A stretch of DNA of 64,000 bases from Candidatus Campbellbacteria bacterium (GCA_002747955.1 PDQZ01000010.1:18931-82930), one strand, 5' to 3'; positions 18,338 to 29,949 are shown, counted from the stretch's first letter. Made by a program: numbers and translations. Notes: generated by a model from the letters alone, not told the origin.

Positions 18338-19954
18338 TTATTTTTTTTGTCTGTAAACTTTATTTTTAATCATATTATTCCCAAACAATTCAGACACGGT
18401 TACAAAAACAAATCCTTCATTTTTCAGCTTTTTAACCACCGTATCAACAACCCCAACAGTTTGTTTGTGAATATCGTGTGCCAATATTATATCTCCTTTT
18501 TTAACTTTTGTCATTCTTTCAATAAGAATATCTCTCTGAGGTTTTTTCCAATCTTCAGGATCAATACTCCATAAAACAATCGGCATATTTATATTTTCTT
18601 TTGTTTGGTTTGAAAATGAACCATAAGGTGGTCTGAAATTTTTAACTTCAAATCCGCTGTTTTTGTACACAATTTGATTTGTTTTCAAAACTTGAGCTCT
18701 TACAGCCTCAGGATTTAATTTTTTCAAGTTCTTATGGTCCCAAGAGTGATTTCCAATCTCGTGTCCTTCTTTAATTTCTCTTTTGATTGTTTCAGGCTGA
18801 ATTTTTGCTGATTTTCCTAAAACAAAAAAAGTTGCCACAATATCATTTTCTTTTAAAATATTTAAAAGTTTTGGAGTGTAAACAGAAGGTCCGTCATCGA
18901 AAGTCAAGGCAATACATTTTTGAACCTTACAATCAACTTTTTGATTTTTTCTCTCAACTTCAACTTTTTGAACTTTTAAATCTTTTTCTTTTTGAATTTC
19001 TTTTTCAGTTTCTCTTTTTTGAATTTCTTCTTTTTCTTTTTCGTTTTTTGGAATTTTAGTTTTTTTAACCATATTTCCCAAAAGCATTTTTTTAAATTCA
19101 GGTTTTATAACAGATTCTAGTTTTTGCAAGGGAATAACTATATGTTTAGACCCGCTTGATCCTGGGGCAACTTGATATTTATCAAAATAAATTGTTAACA
19201 AACCGTCCTTTGAAAAAGAAATGGAATCAAAATTTTCTTCTTTGGGTTCTGTTCCTTGATACATCATTTCTTTCAAACCTCTTTCGTACTCTTCTTTTGC
19301 TTTTGGTGTTGTATTTTTTCCAAGTTTTGACATTTCATATTTAATACTTTCTTGTAAAGCATCTCTTGAAATTTTAGAAACCAAAGGCAAGAAATTTTGA
19401 TTAAAAATGTCTTTGATTTTAATTCTTTGTCCAGTTTTTTTGTTGTAAATTAAAGTTTTTATAATATTTTCACTTGTGTTCCCATAAGAAACATATCTTT
19501 CAATCAAAAAGATAAAATAGTTCTCATCTGAAAGTAAAACATCAAAGTGTTGAATATATTCAACAGGAGGGGAGAAAAGATCATTTTTGTTTGATTTTGT
19601 TTTTTTCAAAAATTCTTGATATTCTTTTTCGTGTTCGTCTGCATCTTTGATGAAATCTGATTTAAATTTATCAGAAAACTGTTTTACATCTGTGTTGATT
19701 TTTTGATTTTTAACAACTGGAAAGGACATGCTTAAATAACCTTGTTTTTTCTGAGAAATGGTTGTGTCAACCCAAACACCTTTGTATTTTGATTTTGTTT
19801 CTGTTGTTTTTTCTTCAACTTTATTTTCTATTTTATTATTTTGGTTATTTTCAAAGTTTTCTTTGTTTTTGTTACTATTTTTGTTACTTAGAACAAAAAT
19901 TGATAATCCTGCTAAAACAACCAAAACTAAAATTATTTTTAAATATTTTTTCAT
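18338..19954 (-). CDS. Polysaccharide/peptidoglycan deacetylase (NodB-domain, CE4 family) with a large N-terminal extracytoplasmic domain
   Basis: Signal peptide. C-terminal NodB motifs TFDDGP, HSWDH and a divalent-metal His pair (ALTFDDGPSVYTPKLLNIL...EIGNHSWDHKNL...LAHDIH). Confidence 0.8.
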   Translation of the reverse strand: MKKYLKIILVLVVLAGLSIFVLSNKNSNKNKENFENNQNNKIENKVEEKTTETKSKYKGVWVDTTISQKKQGYLSMSFPVVKNQKINTDVKQFSDKFKSDFIKDADEHEKEYQEFLKKTKSNKNDLFSPPVEYIQHFDVLLSDENYFIFLIERYVSYGNTSENIIKTLIYNKKTGQRIKIKDIFNQNFLPLVSKISRDALQESIKYEMSKLGKNTTPKAKEEYERGLKEMMYQGTEPKEENFDSISFSKDGLLTIYFDKYQVAPGSSGSKHIVIPLQKLESVIKPEFKKMLLGNMVKKTKIPKNEKEKEEIQKRETEKEIQKEKDLKVQKVEVERKNQKVDCKVQKCIALTFDDGPSVYTPKLLNILKENDIVATFFVLGKSAKIQPETIKREIKEGHEIGNHSWDHKNLKKLNPEAVRAQVLKTNQIVYKNSGFEVKNFRPPYGSFSNQTKENINMPIVLWSIDPEDWKKPQRDILIERMTKVKKGDIILAHDIHKQTVGVVDTVVKKLKNEGFVFVTVSELFGNNMIKNKVYRQKK

Positions 19955-20038
19955 ATTTTGAATTATAACATATTAATTGATTTATTTTAATTATATGCTA
20001 TATTAAAAAAAGTGTATAATCAAAAAAAGGAGAATTAA

Positions 20039-20323
20039 ATGAAAATTACAATCTCTGATAGAGAATTTTTTGTTTTAGAAATGATAAATAATAGAAATAA
20101 CTTTGATGAAGATAGATATCAAAGATACATAACGGAATTAAAGGCTAAAAAGTGTATCTCTTGTTTAATGGTTGTCACAAGAAATGAAAACAAAAGATAT
20201 ATATTAACCGAACTTGGTAAAAAATTATATGATTTTATTTCTTCAACCACTACTATTAAAAATACTTTTTTTTATAAAAACAAAAAGGTTGTTGTTGAAA
20301 GAGTATTTACATTTTACATTTGA
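20039..20323 (+). CDS. Small hypothetical protein
   Basis: 94-aa ORF. An adjacent ORF of similar size may be a paralog or operon partner. Confidence 0.35.
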   Translation: MKITISDREFFVLEMINNRNNFDEDRYQRYITELKAKKCISCLMVVTRNENKRYILTELGKKLYDFISSTTTIKNTFFYKNKKVVVERVFTFYI

Positions 20324-20331
20324 GGTAAAAA

Positions 20332-20580
20332 ATGAAAAAAGAGAAAATTCAAAATATGGTTTTAAAATTGTTAAAATCAGAAGAAGAACTTAATTTTGTC
20401 GAAATTTTTAATAAAATTTCATCTCAAGAAATAGAGGTGGATATTTCAGGACTTGAAAATATTTTGGAAAACCTTAAGGCAAAAAAATATGTTCAAGAAA
20501 ATAATAATAAATACAGTTTAACCTATAAGGGTTTGAGTAAAACTGTATTTGGAAAAACTTTTTTAAAAAAGCAGGTTTAA
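20332..20580 (+). CDS. Small hypothetical protein (possible winged-helix fold)
   Basis: 82-aa ORF with an RBS-like gaggtaaaaaATG. A terminator aaagcctgctttt follows. Confidence 0.35.
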   Translation: MKKEKIQNMVLKLLKSEEELNFVEIFNKISSQEIEVDISGLENILENLKAKKYVQENNNKYSLTYKGLSKTVFGKTFLKKQV

Positions 20581-20842
20581 AGCCTGCTTTTATTTTACTT
20601 TTTATTTTAAATTTGTTAAAATTGTTTTAATAAGTGCTTGGTTTTGAATTTGCTTTTTAAAATTTATTTTTAGAAAATATGTGACAATTTTTCTATAAAA
20701 TAAAATAAGTTTTAAAAATTAAATAAATCAAGAAAAAGGGTGGCACCGCGGATTCTATTTGTAGAAATCGTCCCTAAAATTTAACTTTATTTTAGAGGCG
20801 ATTTTTGTTTCTAAAATTAAATTTTTGCATGAAAAAAGAAAT

Positions 20843-21814
20843 ATGACAGAAAAAGAAGATAAGATTATTTTGATAGATGCTTGTAAGTGTTTGTTAAATA
20901 AAGACAATATAAACGAAGATTTAAAAGAAATTTTGAATAAGTATTCTTATAGAAAAATTATTCTTTCTGATGTAAAATTGCGAAAAGAAGATGAAAATAA
21001 AATTAATAAATCATTAACTGGACAAAAAGAAATTTATGTTTCAAAAAAATCATTAACTAAGACAAATGAAGAGTATTATGATGAAATGTTACAATATTTT
21101 AATTTGCAGGCTAAAAATTGTATATATATTGAACATGATCCTTTGGCTAGAATAAAAGCATTGGAAAGTGGTATTTTATCTTTACCTTGTAATATTGAAG
21201 AAGATAATAAGTTGTTAGAAAGTGGTTTAGCGATGGGGTTGTTGGGTAGACTCCCTACAAGTATAGAAGTGTTTGATTTTTCTGTTAAAAATTTTATAAA
21301 AAATATAAGCATAGGATTAGTTGATGAAATAAAAATAGAATATTTGATGGTGAAATTGGGTGTATTCTATGAAAACAAAGATTATATGAGTTATTTTATT
21401 TATGTAATTTTTGTTTTCGAATCGTTGTTGTCAGAAAATTTAAATTTACATAAAGAATGCTTAAAAAGATTTAATAAAATATATAGTAATAGTAATATTA
21501 ATGTCTTATCAGAAGATTTTTTTAAAGGTAACTTAACATTGGGTAAAAAAATAGATAAATTTTCAAAATTAAATCATAATAATATTGGTTTAGAGGATGA
21601 GGTTAAAAAAATGAGAGGGTTTTTAGAAAAAAGGAATAATATATTTCATAATTTTGGTAGAGATATTGACTTATCAGAACTTAAAGGGGAAATTCAAAAT
21701 AAATATAGTTGGAATAAATTTTATTCTACAATGAGATTCATTCAAAAAATAAATTATAAATTAAATGAAAAAATAAATATTGATAAAAAAATATATCAAT
21801 TAATGAATAGATAA
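20843..21814 (+). CDS. Hypothetical protein
   Basis: The ORF track starts it at a TTG (20825). The first ATG is at 20843 (MTEKEDKIILIDACK...). Confidence 0.45.
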   Translation: MTEKEDKIILIDACKCLLNKDNINEDLKEILNKYSYRKIILSDVKLRKEDENKINKSLTGQKEIYVSKKSLTKTNEEYYDEMLQYFNLQAKNCIYIEHDPLARIKALESGILSLPCNIEEDNKLLESGLAMGLLGRLPTSIEVFDFSVKNFIKNISIGLVDEIKIEYLMVKLGVFYENKDYMSYFIYVIFVFESLLSENLNLHKECLKRFNKIYSNSNINVLSEDFFKGNLTLGKKIDKFSKLNHNNIGLEDEVKKMRGFLEKRNNIFHNFGRDIDLSELKGEIQNKYSWNKFYSTMRFIQKINYKLNEKINIDKKIYQLMNR

Positions 21815-21831
21815 AAAATAAATAAAAAATT

Positions 21832-23298
21832 ATGAAAAGAGAATATATAAAAGATTTAAAAAAAGAGGTTGGAAATGAAGTAAAAATAAACGGTTGGGTA
21901 GACACAGCTCGAGATCAAGGGAAAATGGCTTTTTTTGAGTTCAGAGATGTAACAGGAAAAGTTCAAGGGGTGGTTTTTGGAAAACCTGAAGTTTTAGAAA
22001 TTGCAAAAACTTTAAGAGATGAAGATGTTGTGGAAATTGAAGGTGTGGTTCAAGAGCGAAATGATAAAACTGCAAAGCAAGCCAAAGAAGAATTTGAAAA
22101 AACAGGAAAAGTTGCTTTTTTCGTTACAGATGTTGAACTTGAAATTACAAAAATTACAGTTTTAAATAAAGCAGAAACTCCAGTTTTTGATATTACAAAA
22201 GACACAAGGGAAATTTCAGAAGAAGTAAGAATGAAATATAAATATTTAGATTTGCGATCACAAAGAATGCAGAAAAATATTAAAGCTCGTTCAGATATTT
22301 CAAACTTTGTAAGACAGTATTTTATCAACGATGGTTTTTGTGAAATCCAAACACCACTTTTGACAAAAACAACACCAGAAGGAGCTCGTGATTATTTGGT
22401 TCCATCAAGAATTTATCCTGGAAAGTTTTATGCACTTCCACAGTCTCCACAACAATATAAACAACTTTTAATGTCATCTGGATTTGAAAAATATTTTCAG
22501 TTTGCAGTTTGTATGAGAGATGAGGACTTAAGAGGGGACAGACAGCCTGAATTTACACAAATGGACCTTGAAATGTCGTTTGTAACAGAAGAAGATGTAA
22601 TGCAAAAAAACGAAGAGGTTTTAATTCAAATTGTTAAAAAGTTTTATCCTGAAAAAAGAATTCAAGAAGTTCCATTTCCAAGAATCACTTACAAGGAGGC
22701 GATGGAAAAATATGGATCAGACAGACCTGATTTAAGAGAAGATAAAAATGACCAGAATTTACTTGCTTTTTGTTGGGTGGTAGACTTTCCGTTTTTTGAA
22801 AAAACAGCAGAGTCAGATGACCCGCAAGCTGTGGGAGAGTGGACATTTACACACAACCCGTTTTCAATGCCAAAAGAGGAACATTTAGATAACTTGATGA
22901 ACAAGGAAAATATTGGAGAGATTCAAGCTCAACAATATGACATTGTTTTAAATGGTTTTGAAATTGGTGGTGGATCTGTGCGAGCACATAAACCTGAAAT
23001 TTTGGAAAAAACTTTAGAGATCATTGGTTATGACGAAAAAATGAAAGAGCAAAACTTGTCACATATGTTTGAAGCCTTTAAAAGAGGAACCCCGCCACAC
23101 GGAGGAATTGCTTGGGGATTTGATCGACTTGTTATGCTTTTGGAAAATGAAGAAAATATTCGGGAAGTGATTGCTTTTCCAAAAACAAGAGAAGCAAGAG
23201 AGCTTTTGTTTGATTCACCATCTGATGTAACACAAAAACAACTTGATGAACTTTGCTTGAAAGTTGATAAAAAAGAAGAGAAAGAGAAAAAAGATTAA
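21832..23298 (+). CDS. aspS: Aspartyl-tRNA synthetase, short form (no GAD insertion domain)
   Basis: N-terminal anticodon-binding OB fold. Class II motifs QSPQQYKQLLMSSGFEKYFQFAVCMRDEDLRGDRQPEFTQMDLEMSF, and GGGSVRAH with GFDRLVMLL. Confidence 0.85.
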   Translation: MKREYIKDLKKEVGNEVKINGWVDTARDQGKMAFFEFRDVTGKVQGVVFGKPEVLEIAKTLRDEDVVEIEGVVQERNDKTAKQAKEEFEKTGKVAFFVTDVELEITKITVLNKAETPVFDITKDTREISEEVRMKYKYLDLRSQRMQKNIKARSDISNFVRQYFINDGFCEIQTPLLTKTTPEGARDYLVPSRIYPGKFYALPQSPQQYKQLLMSSGFEKYFQFAVCMRDEDLRGDRQPEFTQMDLEMSFVTEEDVMQKNEEVLIQIVKKFYPEKRIQEVPFPRITYKEAMEKYGSDRPDLREDKNDQNLLAFCWVVDFPFFEKTAESDDPQAVGEWTFTHNPFSMPKEEHLDNLMNKENIGEIQAQQYDIVLNGFEIGGGSVRAHKPEILEKTLEIIGYDEKMKEQNLSHMFEAFKRGTPPHGGIAWGFDRLVMLLENEENIREVIAFPKTREARELLFDSPSDVTQKQLDELCLKVDKKEEKEKKD

Positions 23299-23332
23299 AG
23301 AAAGCCGTCGCTTGAAAGCGACGGCTTTTTGT

Positions 23333-23638
23333 TTAAATTTGGTGAATTATTCTTACGGCGTCATGCCACCGTAAGCATTTGTGTTCTATACCACCCACCA
23401 AAATCTTTTTTAAGGATTTTGATTCAAGGTTGTCTTGACTACAAATGTATTCAATTGCAGCCTGACGGTTTTCGACCTTGATTTTTTCAAGTTCTGAACC
23501 GTCTTTGTCTTTTTTTATTATAAAAATGACGGGAAGAAATTTTCTTAAAAATTTATAAATTTCTTCCGGATCATTTGATTTGGCGACTCGGATGAGGTCG
23601 CCTTCTCTTATTCTTAACTCAAATTTTGCTTCACTCAT
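23333..23638 (-). CDS. Hypothetical protein
   Basis: 101-aa ORF. It shares the bidirectional terminator aaagccgtcgcttgaaagcgacggcttttt with aspS. Confidence 0.35.
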   Translation of the reverse strand: MSEAKFELRIREGDLIRVAKSNDPEEIYKFLRKFLPVIFIIKKDKDGSELEKIKVENRQAAIEYICSQDNLESKSLKKILVGGIEHKCLRWHDAVRIIHQI

Positions 23639-23769
23639 TTTTTTTCTCCGGTTTGTTTAAAGAATGAGAATAAATTATACACTTTAATGGAAATTAAGTC
23701 AATATTAAAAAACCAAATTTCGCTACGCGAAATTTGGTTTTTTATATTGTTTTTTATTGAGTTACTTAT

Positions 23770-24291
23770 CTATCTTTTATCAATAAGCCCTGTTGTTCCT
23801 GAAATGATAAGTTGAATTCCCAAAAGAACTCCAATAAAGCTTATTCCAGAAGCAGGCCAGTTTATAAAAATCATAACTGCAAAAATAAAGGCCAAAAGTG
23901 AACTAAAAAGTAAGAATTTTTTAATATTTCCTTTTTCTGAGAATGATTGAATTAAACTTGAAAGACCGCTTAAAACAAACACTGTTCCAAACAGCAAACT
24001 CATAACTGCTAAAGCCGATGCTGGATTAAGTAAAAAGTAAAATCCGATTACAAAAAGTGCTGTTGGCAAAATATAAGAAGTGATTTGTTTTTCTTTTTGA
24101 AAAACCAAAACAGCAAGTTGTAAAAATGCAACGATTGTTAAAAACCATCCTAAAATCATTTCAAGTGTCATGCTTACAAAAGATGCAAATTGGGGAAGTA
24201 AAATCAAAAGCACACCAATTAGAATTGATAATACATAAGGCCATTTTTTCTTTGCAACTGTAGAGTTGTGATTGTTATTTTCTTGTTCCAT
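23770..24291 (-). CDS. Integral membrane protein (HdeD/DUF308-like, 5-6 TM helices)
   Basis: 173 aa, almost entirely hydrophobic helices. Confidence 0.5.
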   Translation of the reverse strand: MEQENNNHNSTVAKKKWPYVLSILIGVLLILLPQFASFVSMTLEMILGWFLTIVAFLQLAVLVFQKEKQITSYILPTALFVIGFYFLLNPASALAVMSLLFGTVFVLSGLSSLIQSFSEKGNIKKFLLFSSLLAFIFAVMIFINWPASGISFIGVLLGIQLIISGTTGLIDKR

Positions 24292-24430
24292 ATTTTTAAA
24301 TTATTTAAATTATATGTTTGATTACATATATATTTAGTATATCAAAAGAAAATTTTAAATCAAAGAAAATATTGACTTTTTAGGTTTTTTAGTTATAATA
24401 AACGAAGTTAATTAAACATCACAGGAGAAA

Positions 24431-24715
24431 TTGATGGAAAAAGTAAAAATTTTTTTTATTTTTAAAAAACAAGTTGAAGTTCTAGTTAGAACCTCTGCGG
24501 GGGATATAAAACTTGTTTTTTCAAAAGGTAGAAGACTACCTAAAAATAAAATTAATAAAGAAAGGTGGAATCTGCTTTCTGAAAAACAAAAACAAGACTT
24601 GGAAGAAGTTATCTTAAATCTATCAAGTCAATACGAAAGATTTTACGACTTCGAGGGAAAAAATTTTTCAAATTTGTCTGAATATTATGATAATAGAAAA
24701 GAGGTAAGACAATGA
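24431..24715 (+). CDS. Hypothetical protein
   Basis: 94-aa ORF with a TTGACT-N17-TATAAT promoter and aggagaaattgATG RBS. 4-nt overlap with the next ORF. Confidence 0.4.
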   Translation: MMEKVKIFFIFKKQVEVLVRTSAGDIKLVFSKGRRLPKNKINKERWNLLSEKQKQDLEEVILNLSSQYERFYDFEGKNFSNLSEYYDNRKEVRQ

Positions 24716-25032
24716 ATAAGATCATTTCTTTAAAGAAAAATACTAAAAGTTACACGCTTTTAGTTGAACTTAATGGTATTCAGAAAAGAATATCGTTAAA
24801 ATGGGGAACGAGAGGGTCTTGTGGAAGTGTTCTTGTGCCAAGCCCTAAAAAAGTTTTTTGGGATAATTTTGAGAGCAAGTTGGGAACAATTTACTTTGCT
24901 GAAAAAAGGTTAAAAAAAGTAGGGGATATTTTTTATTTTGATCAAGAAGGTCAAAATCAAAGTTTTCCTAAAAAAGTTTATCCCGGAGCAGCTGCAAATG
25001 AACTGTTCCATAAAGCACGAGGAGGGTGCTAA
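24712..25032 (+). CDS. Hypothetical protein
   Basis: 106 aa. A terminator aaaaagcctgatttttcaggctttttt follows. Confidence 0.4.
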   Translation: MNKIISLKKNTKSYTLLVELNGIQKRISLKWGTRGSCGSVLVPSPKKVFWDNFESKLGTIYFAEKRLKKVGDIFYFDQEGQNQSFPKKVYPGAAANELFHKARGGC

Positions 25033-25078
25033 AAAAGAAAAAGCCTGATTTTTCAGGCTTTTTTATTTTTTATAATTT

Positions 25079-27274
25079 CTAATCCCAATTTTCCACCATC
25101 AATAAGTTTTTGTTTTCTTTTGGAAAATCTTTCCAAATTTCTTCGGTGATAAATGGCATTAACGGGTGCAACATTTTCAAAACATTTTCTAAAATGTAAA
25201 GCAATAAATATTGATTGTTTAAGTTTTTATTTTCCGCTGTTACACTTTCTTTAACTTCTTCGATTACCTCATCTGCTAAATTGTGCCAAACAAAATGATA
25301 AAGTTTTTCTGAAACCAAATAAAGTTTGTATTCAGAATATTCTTTTTTCAATTCTTCTTTAAAATTTTCAACTTGTTTGATTTTTTCTTTTTGATAATCT
25401 TCCAAGCTTGATGTATCAAAATTTTGATAATCAAAATCTTCTGTATTTTGATAAATAAATCTTGCGATATTCCAAAGCTTGTTTCCAAATTTACTGTAAG
25501 CTCGAACTTTGTTTTCATCAAATTTTACATCTTGCCCTGGTGCCACTGCCACCAACAATGACATTCTTAAAGCGTCTGCGCCATATTTGTCAATCATTTC
25601 AAGCGGATCAATTGTATTTCCAAGTGATTTTGAAAGTTTTCTGTTTTGTTTGTCTCGTACAAGTCCGTGGAAATAAACGGTTTGAAAAGGAATATCTTTT
25701 ACCAAATAAGTTGACATTAAAATCATTCGGGCTACCCAAAAGAAAATAATATCATGTCCTGTTTCAAGTAAATCTGTTGGATGATAAGTTTTAAAGTCAT
25801 CTGTCATTTCAGGCCAACCTAAAGTTGAAAATGTCCAAAGTCCAGAAGAAAACCAAGTGTCCAAAACATCTTCATCTTGAACCCAAGCTTTTTCTTTTGG
25901 AGCTTCTGTTCCACAAAAAACTTCTTCATTTTCTTGTCCTTTATTTTTATACCAAACTGGAATTCTGTGTCCGTACCAGATTTGTCTTGAAATAGCCCAG
26001 TCGTGAAGTTTTTCAATCCAGTGATAATAAACTTTTTCAAATCTTTCAGGCAAAATCTCAATCGAAGAACTTTTAACAGCATGCATCATTAACTCTTTTA
26101 AATTTACTTCTTTTTGTTCATCAAGACCTAAGTTATTTGGTCCAATTTTAAATTTGTTTGTAACTGAAATAAACCATTGATCCATAATTTGTGGTTCAAT
26201 AATTCCTCCTGACCTTTCGGCCGTAGCGATTTTGTGCTCGTATTTTTCGTCAACTTTTGTAACAAGTCCTTTTTCTGTAAGTTTTTGAACAATTTGTTCT
26301 CGAGCATCTTTGATTTTCAACCCTGAAAATTCGCCACAATTTTCCATCATTTTTCCATATTTATCAATGATTTGTTTTTTGTCTAAATTGTGTCTTTGAG
26401 CAATTTCAAAGTCAACTTTACTATGGCTTGGAGTAATGGTCATAGCTCCTGTTCCGAACTCCATATCAATAGATTCATCTTTAATCAAAGTTATTTCAAC
26501 TTCTCCTGTAATCCATTCTACTTTGAATTTGTCTCCGTGTTTATACTCTGCATATCTTTTATCATCTGGATGAACTACAATATATTTATCTCCAAGTTTT
26601 GTTTCGGGTCGAGATGTTCCAATTTCAAAAGGTCCAAATTTAAAATAATAAAATTTTGTTGTTTCTTCTTTGTAAATAATCTCATCATCTGAAATTACAG
26701 TTTGTCCTTTTGGATCCCAATTTACAATTTTGTAATCTTTATAAATGATTTTGTCATCATACATTCTTTTAAAAGCTTCAACAACAGCTTTGTGCCTTGT
26801 TTCATCTAACGTAAAAGCAAGTCTTGACCAGTCCAAAGATGATCCTAATTTTTTAGTTTGGTTAATAATTGTACTTTGAGAGTCTATTGCAAAATCATTT
26901 ACTCTTTTTAGAAATTCTTCTCTTCCTAAATCAGTTTTTCTAATTTTTTCTTTTTGTAAAAGTTTTTCAACTTTTGTTTGAGTAGCAATGGCTGCGTGGT
27001 CTGTTCCTGGAAGCCATAAAGTTTTTTTACCTTGCATTCTTTGAAAACGAACAATAGAGTCTTCAATAGCCAACATGTCAGCATGTCCAATATGCAGTTT
27101 CCCTGTAACATTTGGAGGTGGTAAAACGATTGAAAACTTTTCAGCATCTTGTTTTGTAACTCCTTTTTGAACACAAACATCAGGATTGTAAAAACCTGAT
27201 TCTTCCCAAATTTTTGAAATATTGTCTTCAAATTCTTTTGAAGAATATGCTTTGGTATATTTTTGATTTAACAT
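25079..27274 (-). CDS. valS: Valyl-tRNA synthetase (short, lacks the C-terminal coiled-coil domain)
   Basis: Class I motifs PPPNVTGKLHIGHA (HIGH), WLPGTDHAAIATQ and KLSKSLGN (KMSKS). Confidence 0.8.
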   Translation of the reverse strand: MLNQKYTKAYSSKEFEDNISKIWEESGFYNPDVCVQKGVTKQDAEKFSIVLPPPNVTGKLHIGHADMLAIEDSIVRFQRMQGKKTLWLPGTDHAAIATQTKVEKLLQKEKIRKTDLGREEFLKRVNDFAIDSQSTIINQTKKLGSSLDWSRLAFTLDETRHKAVVEAFKRMYDDKIIYKDYKIVNWDPKGQTVISDDEIIYKEETTKFYYFKFGPFEIGTSRPETKLGDKYIVVHPDDKRYAEYKHGDKFKVEWITGEVEITLIKDESIDMEFGTGAMTITPSHSKVDFEIAQRHNLDKKQIIDKYGKMMENCGEFSGLKIKDAREQIVQKLTEKGLVTKVDEKYEHKIATAERSGGIIEPQIMDQWFISVTNKFKIGPNNLGLDEQKEVNLKELMMHAVKSSSIEILPERFEKVYYHWIEKLHDWAISRQIWYGHRIPVWYKNKGQENEEVFCGTEAPKEKAWVQDEDVLDTWFSSGLWTFSTLGWPEMTDDFKTYHPTDLLETGHDIIFFWVARMILMSTYLVKDIPFQTVYFHGLVRDKQNRKLSKSLGNTIDPLEMIDKYGADALRMSLLVAVAPGQDVKFDENKVRAYSKFGNKLWNIARFIYQNTEDFDYQNFDTSSLEDYQKEKIKQVENFKEELKKEYSEYKLYLVSEKLYHFVWHNLADEVIEEVKESVTAENKNLNNQYLLLYILENVLKMLHPLMPFITEEIWKDFPKENKNLLMVENWD

Positions 27275-27334
27275 AATGTGTATATTTTAACATAAATCAA
27301 AAATATATAAAAAAAGTAAAAGGTGAGTTTTATG

Positions 27335-27392
27335 AAAAAAGCCCATTTTCGCTCAGCTTTAAATTTCAGAAGTGCGAAAATGGGCTTTTTTC
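27335..27392. repeat. Hairpin repeat family A, copy 1 (gcccattttcgc-N22-gcgaaaatgggc) in the valS/ldh divergent spacer
   Basis: aaaaaagcccattttcgctcagctttaaatttcagaagtgcgaaaatgggcttttttc. The stem and much of the loop are shared with the copies at 29865 and 59351. Confidence 0.75.
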
Positions 27393-27414
27393 AGAAATCT
27401 GTTATAATATTTAC

Positions 27415-28326
27415 ATGAAAAAAATAACAATAATCGGAGCAGGGGATGTTGGATCACACATTGCCTCTGCTTGTATTCATCAAAACTTAAATGCACAAAT
27501 TTATTTAGTAGATATTAATCAAAAATTTGAAGAAGCTCAAATTTTAGATTTAAAAGACACTTTAGCTTTTACAAAAAACACTCAAATTGCTGGAGCTGAT
27601 TTAGCAGATGATGTTGTAAAACAAAGTGATATTTTTGTTATTACAGCTGGAGTAAGGCAAAAAGAAGGCGAAGACAGAATTTCACTTTTAGATAGAAATA
27701 TTAAAATTTTAAAATCAATTAAAAGTGAAATTGGAGAAGTTAAAAAAAGTGCTATTGTGATTTTGGTTACAAACCCTGTTGACCTATTAACTCAATCTGC
27801 AAGTGAAATTTTCAACCTAGACAAAAAACAAGTTTTTGGAACAGGAACAAGTTTGGATTCTTCAAGATTAAAATGGCATTTAGCTGAAGCTTTAAACAAA
27901 AAACCAAATGAGATCAAAGCTTATGTTTTAGGCGAGCACGGAGACAGTTCTTTTGTTTACTGGTCTGATTTCAAAGATGCTAAAAAATTTTCAAAAGAAC
28001 AAAAAGAAAAAATACAAAACATTGTTAGAACTCAAGCTTATGAAATTATTGAAGGTAAAGGCTCAACGTATTTTGGAATTGGCTTTGTAACATCACAAAT
28101 TTTAAAATCAATTGTTGGAAATGAAAATCAGATTTTTTCACTTTCTTGTTGCCAAAGCGGGGAGTTTGGTTTTGAAGATATTTCAATCGGAGTTTTAGCA
28201 CGAGTTTCAAACAAAGGAGTTAAAATTTTAAATAAAAAACTAAATAAAGAAGAACAAAAACTTTTTGATATTTCAGTAAAGAAAATGCAAAAAGTTTTGA
28301 AAAAATGTATTTTGTGTAAAATTTAA
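27415..28326 (+). CDS. ldh: L-lactate dehydrogenase
   Basis: Rossmann motif KITIIGAGDVGSHIA. The substrate loop AGVRQKEGEDR (Gln, not Arg, at the LDH/MDH discriminating position), GEHGDSSFVYWS and the catalytic His region. Confidence 0.8.
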   Translation: MKKITIIGAGDVGSHIASACIHQNLNAQIYLVDINQKFEEAQILDLKDTLAFTKNTQIAGADLADDVVKQSDIFVITAGVRQKEGEDRISLLDRNIKILKSIKSEIGEVKKSAIVILVTNPVDLLTQSASEIFNLDKKQVFGTGTSLDSSRLKWHLAEALNKKPNEIKAYVLGEHGDSSFVYWSDFKDAKKFSKEQKEKIQNIVRTQAYEIIEGKGSTYFGIGFVTSQILKSIVGNENQIFSLSCCQSGEFGFEDISIGVLARVSNKGVKILNKKLNKEEQKLFDISVKKMQKVLKKCILCKI

Positions 28327-28361
28327 AAAAAGCCGTCTTGATTGACGGCTTTGTTTTTGGT

Positions 28362-28607
28362 TTATAAGTATATACTTTCTTGGATATTTATTTTTGGCAC
28401 AATTTTTTGTGCTTCCATGCTACCATTTGGATGATAGGCGATATGTCCAATATCACCAAAGGTTAAACCCAAAAATAAATTATTTTTATGTTTTAGATAA
28501 TTTGGATGATTTACCAAATCAGATGTTTCTAAAAATTCGATCCCTTCATAAAAAGGTGTTTTTGGATTTTGATTGATTTGTTTAAAAAAGTTATCTACTT
28601 CACACAT
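28362..28607 (-). CDS. Hypothetical small protein
   Basis: 81 aa with an RBS ggagaaaaaaATG. Confidence 0.35.
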   Translation of the reverse strand: MCEVDNFFKQINQNPKTPFYEGIEFLETSDLVNHPNYLKHKNNLFLGLTFGDIGHIAYHPNGSMEAQKIVPKINIQESIYL

Positions 28608-28715
28608 TTTTTTCTCCTATTTTTTGTGTTGGATAAAGAAAAACGAATTAAATTTTAACATAAAAATGTTAAAAATAAAATACACTTTTTTGATTTTTCT
28701 TGTATAATTATTTGT

Positions 28716-29864
<1,149 letters not shown>

Positions 29865-29921
29865 AAAAAGCCCATTTTCGCTCAATGTTTAATTTAAAAA
29901 GTGCGAAAATGGGCTTTTTTC
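29865..29921. repeat. Hairpin repeat family A, copy 2 (terminator position after the malic enzyme gene)
   Basis: aaaaaagcccattttcgctcaatgtttaatttaaaaagtgcgaaaatgggctttttt. Confidence 0.75.
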
Positions 29922-29949
29922 CAAAACTTTTTATGTTAAAATATTTTTA

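Noticed and set aside
20590-20830. Possible riboswitch or leader upstream of the 20843 gene (gggtggcaccgcgg...cgatttttgtttct)
   Set aside because: It has some local GC enrichment and partial complementarity, but I could not match it to any known riboswitch consensus. The downstream gene has no identifiable metabolic function to rationalise one.
20825-20842. TTG start for the 20825..21814 ORF as given by the ORF track
   Set aside because: An ATG with a better context lies 18 nt downstream (20843). The first six tracked codons (MHEKRN) are unlikely to be part of the protein. The same caution applies to the TTG start of 53638..55995.
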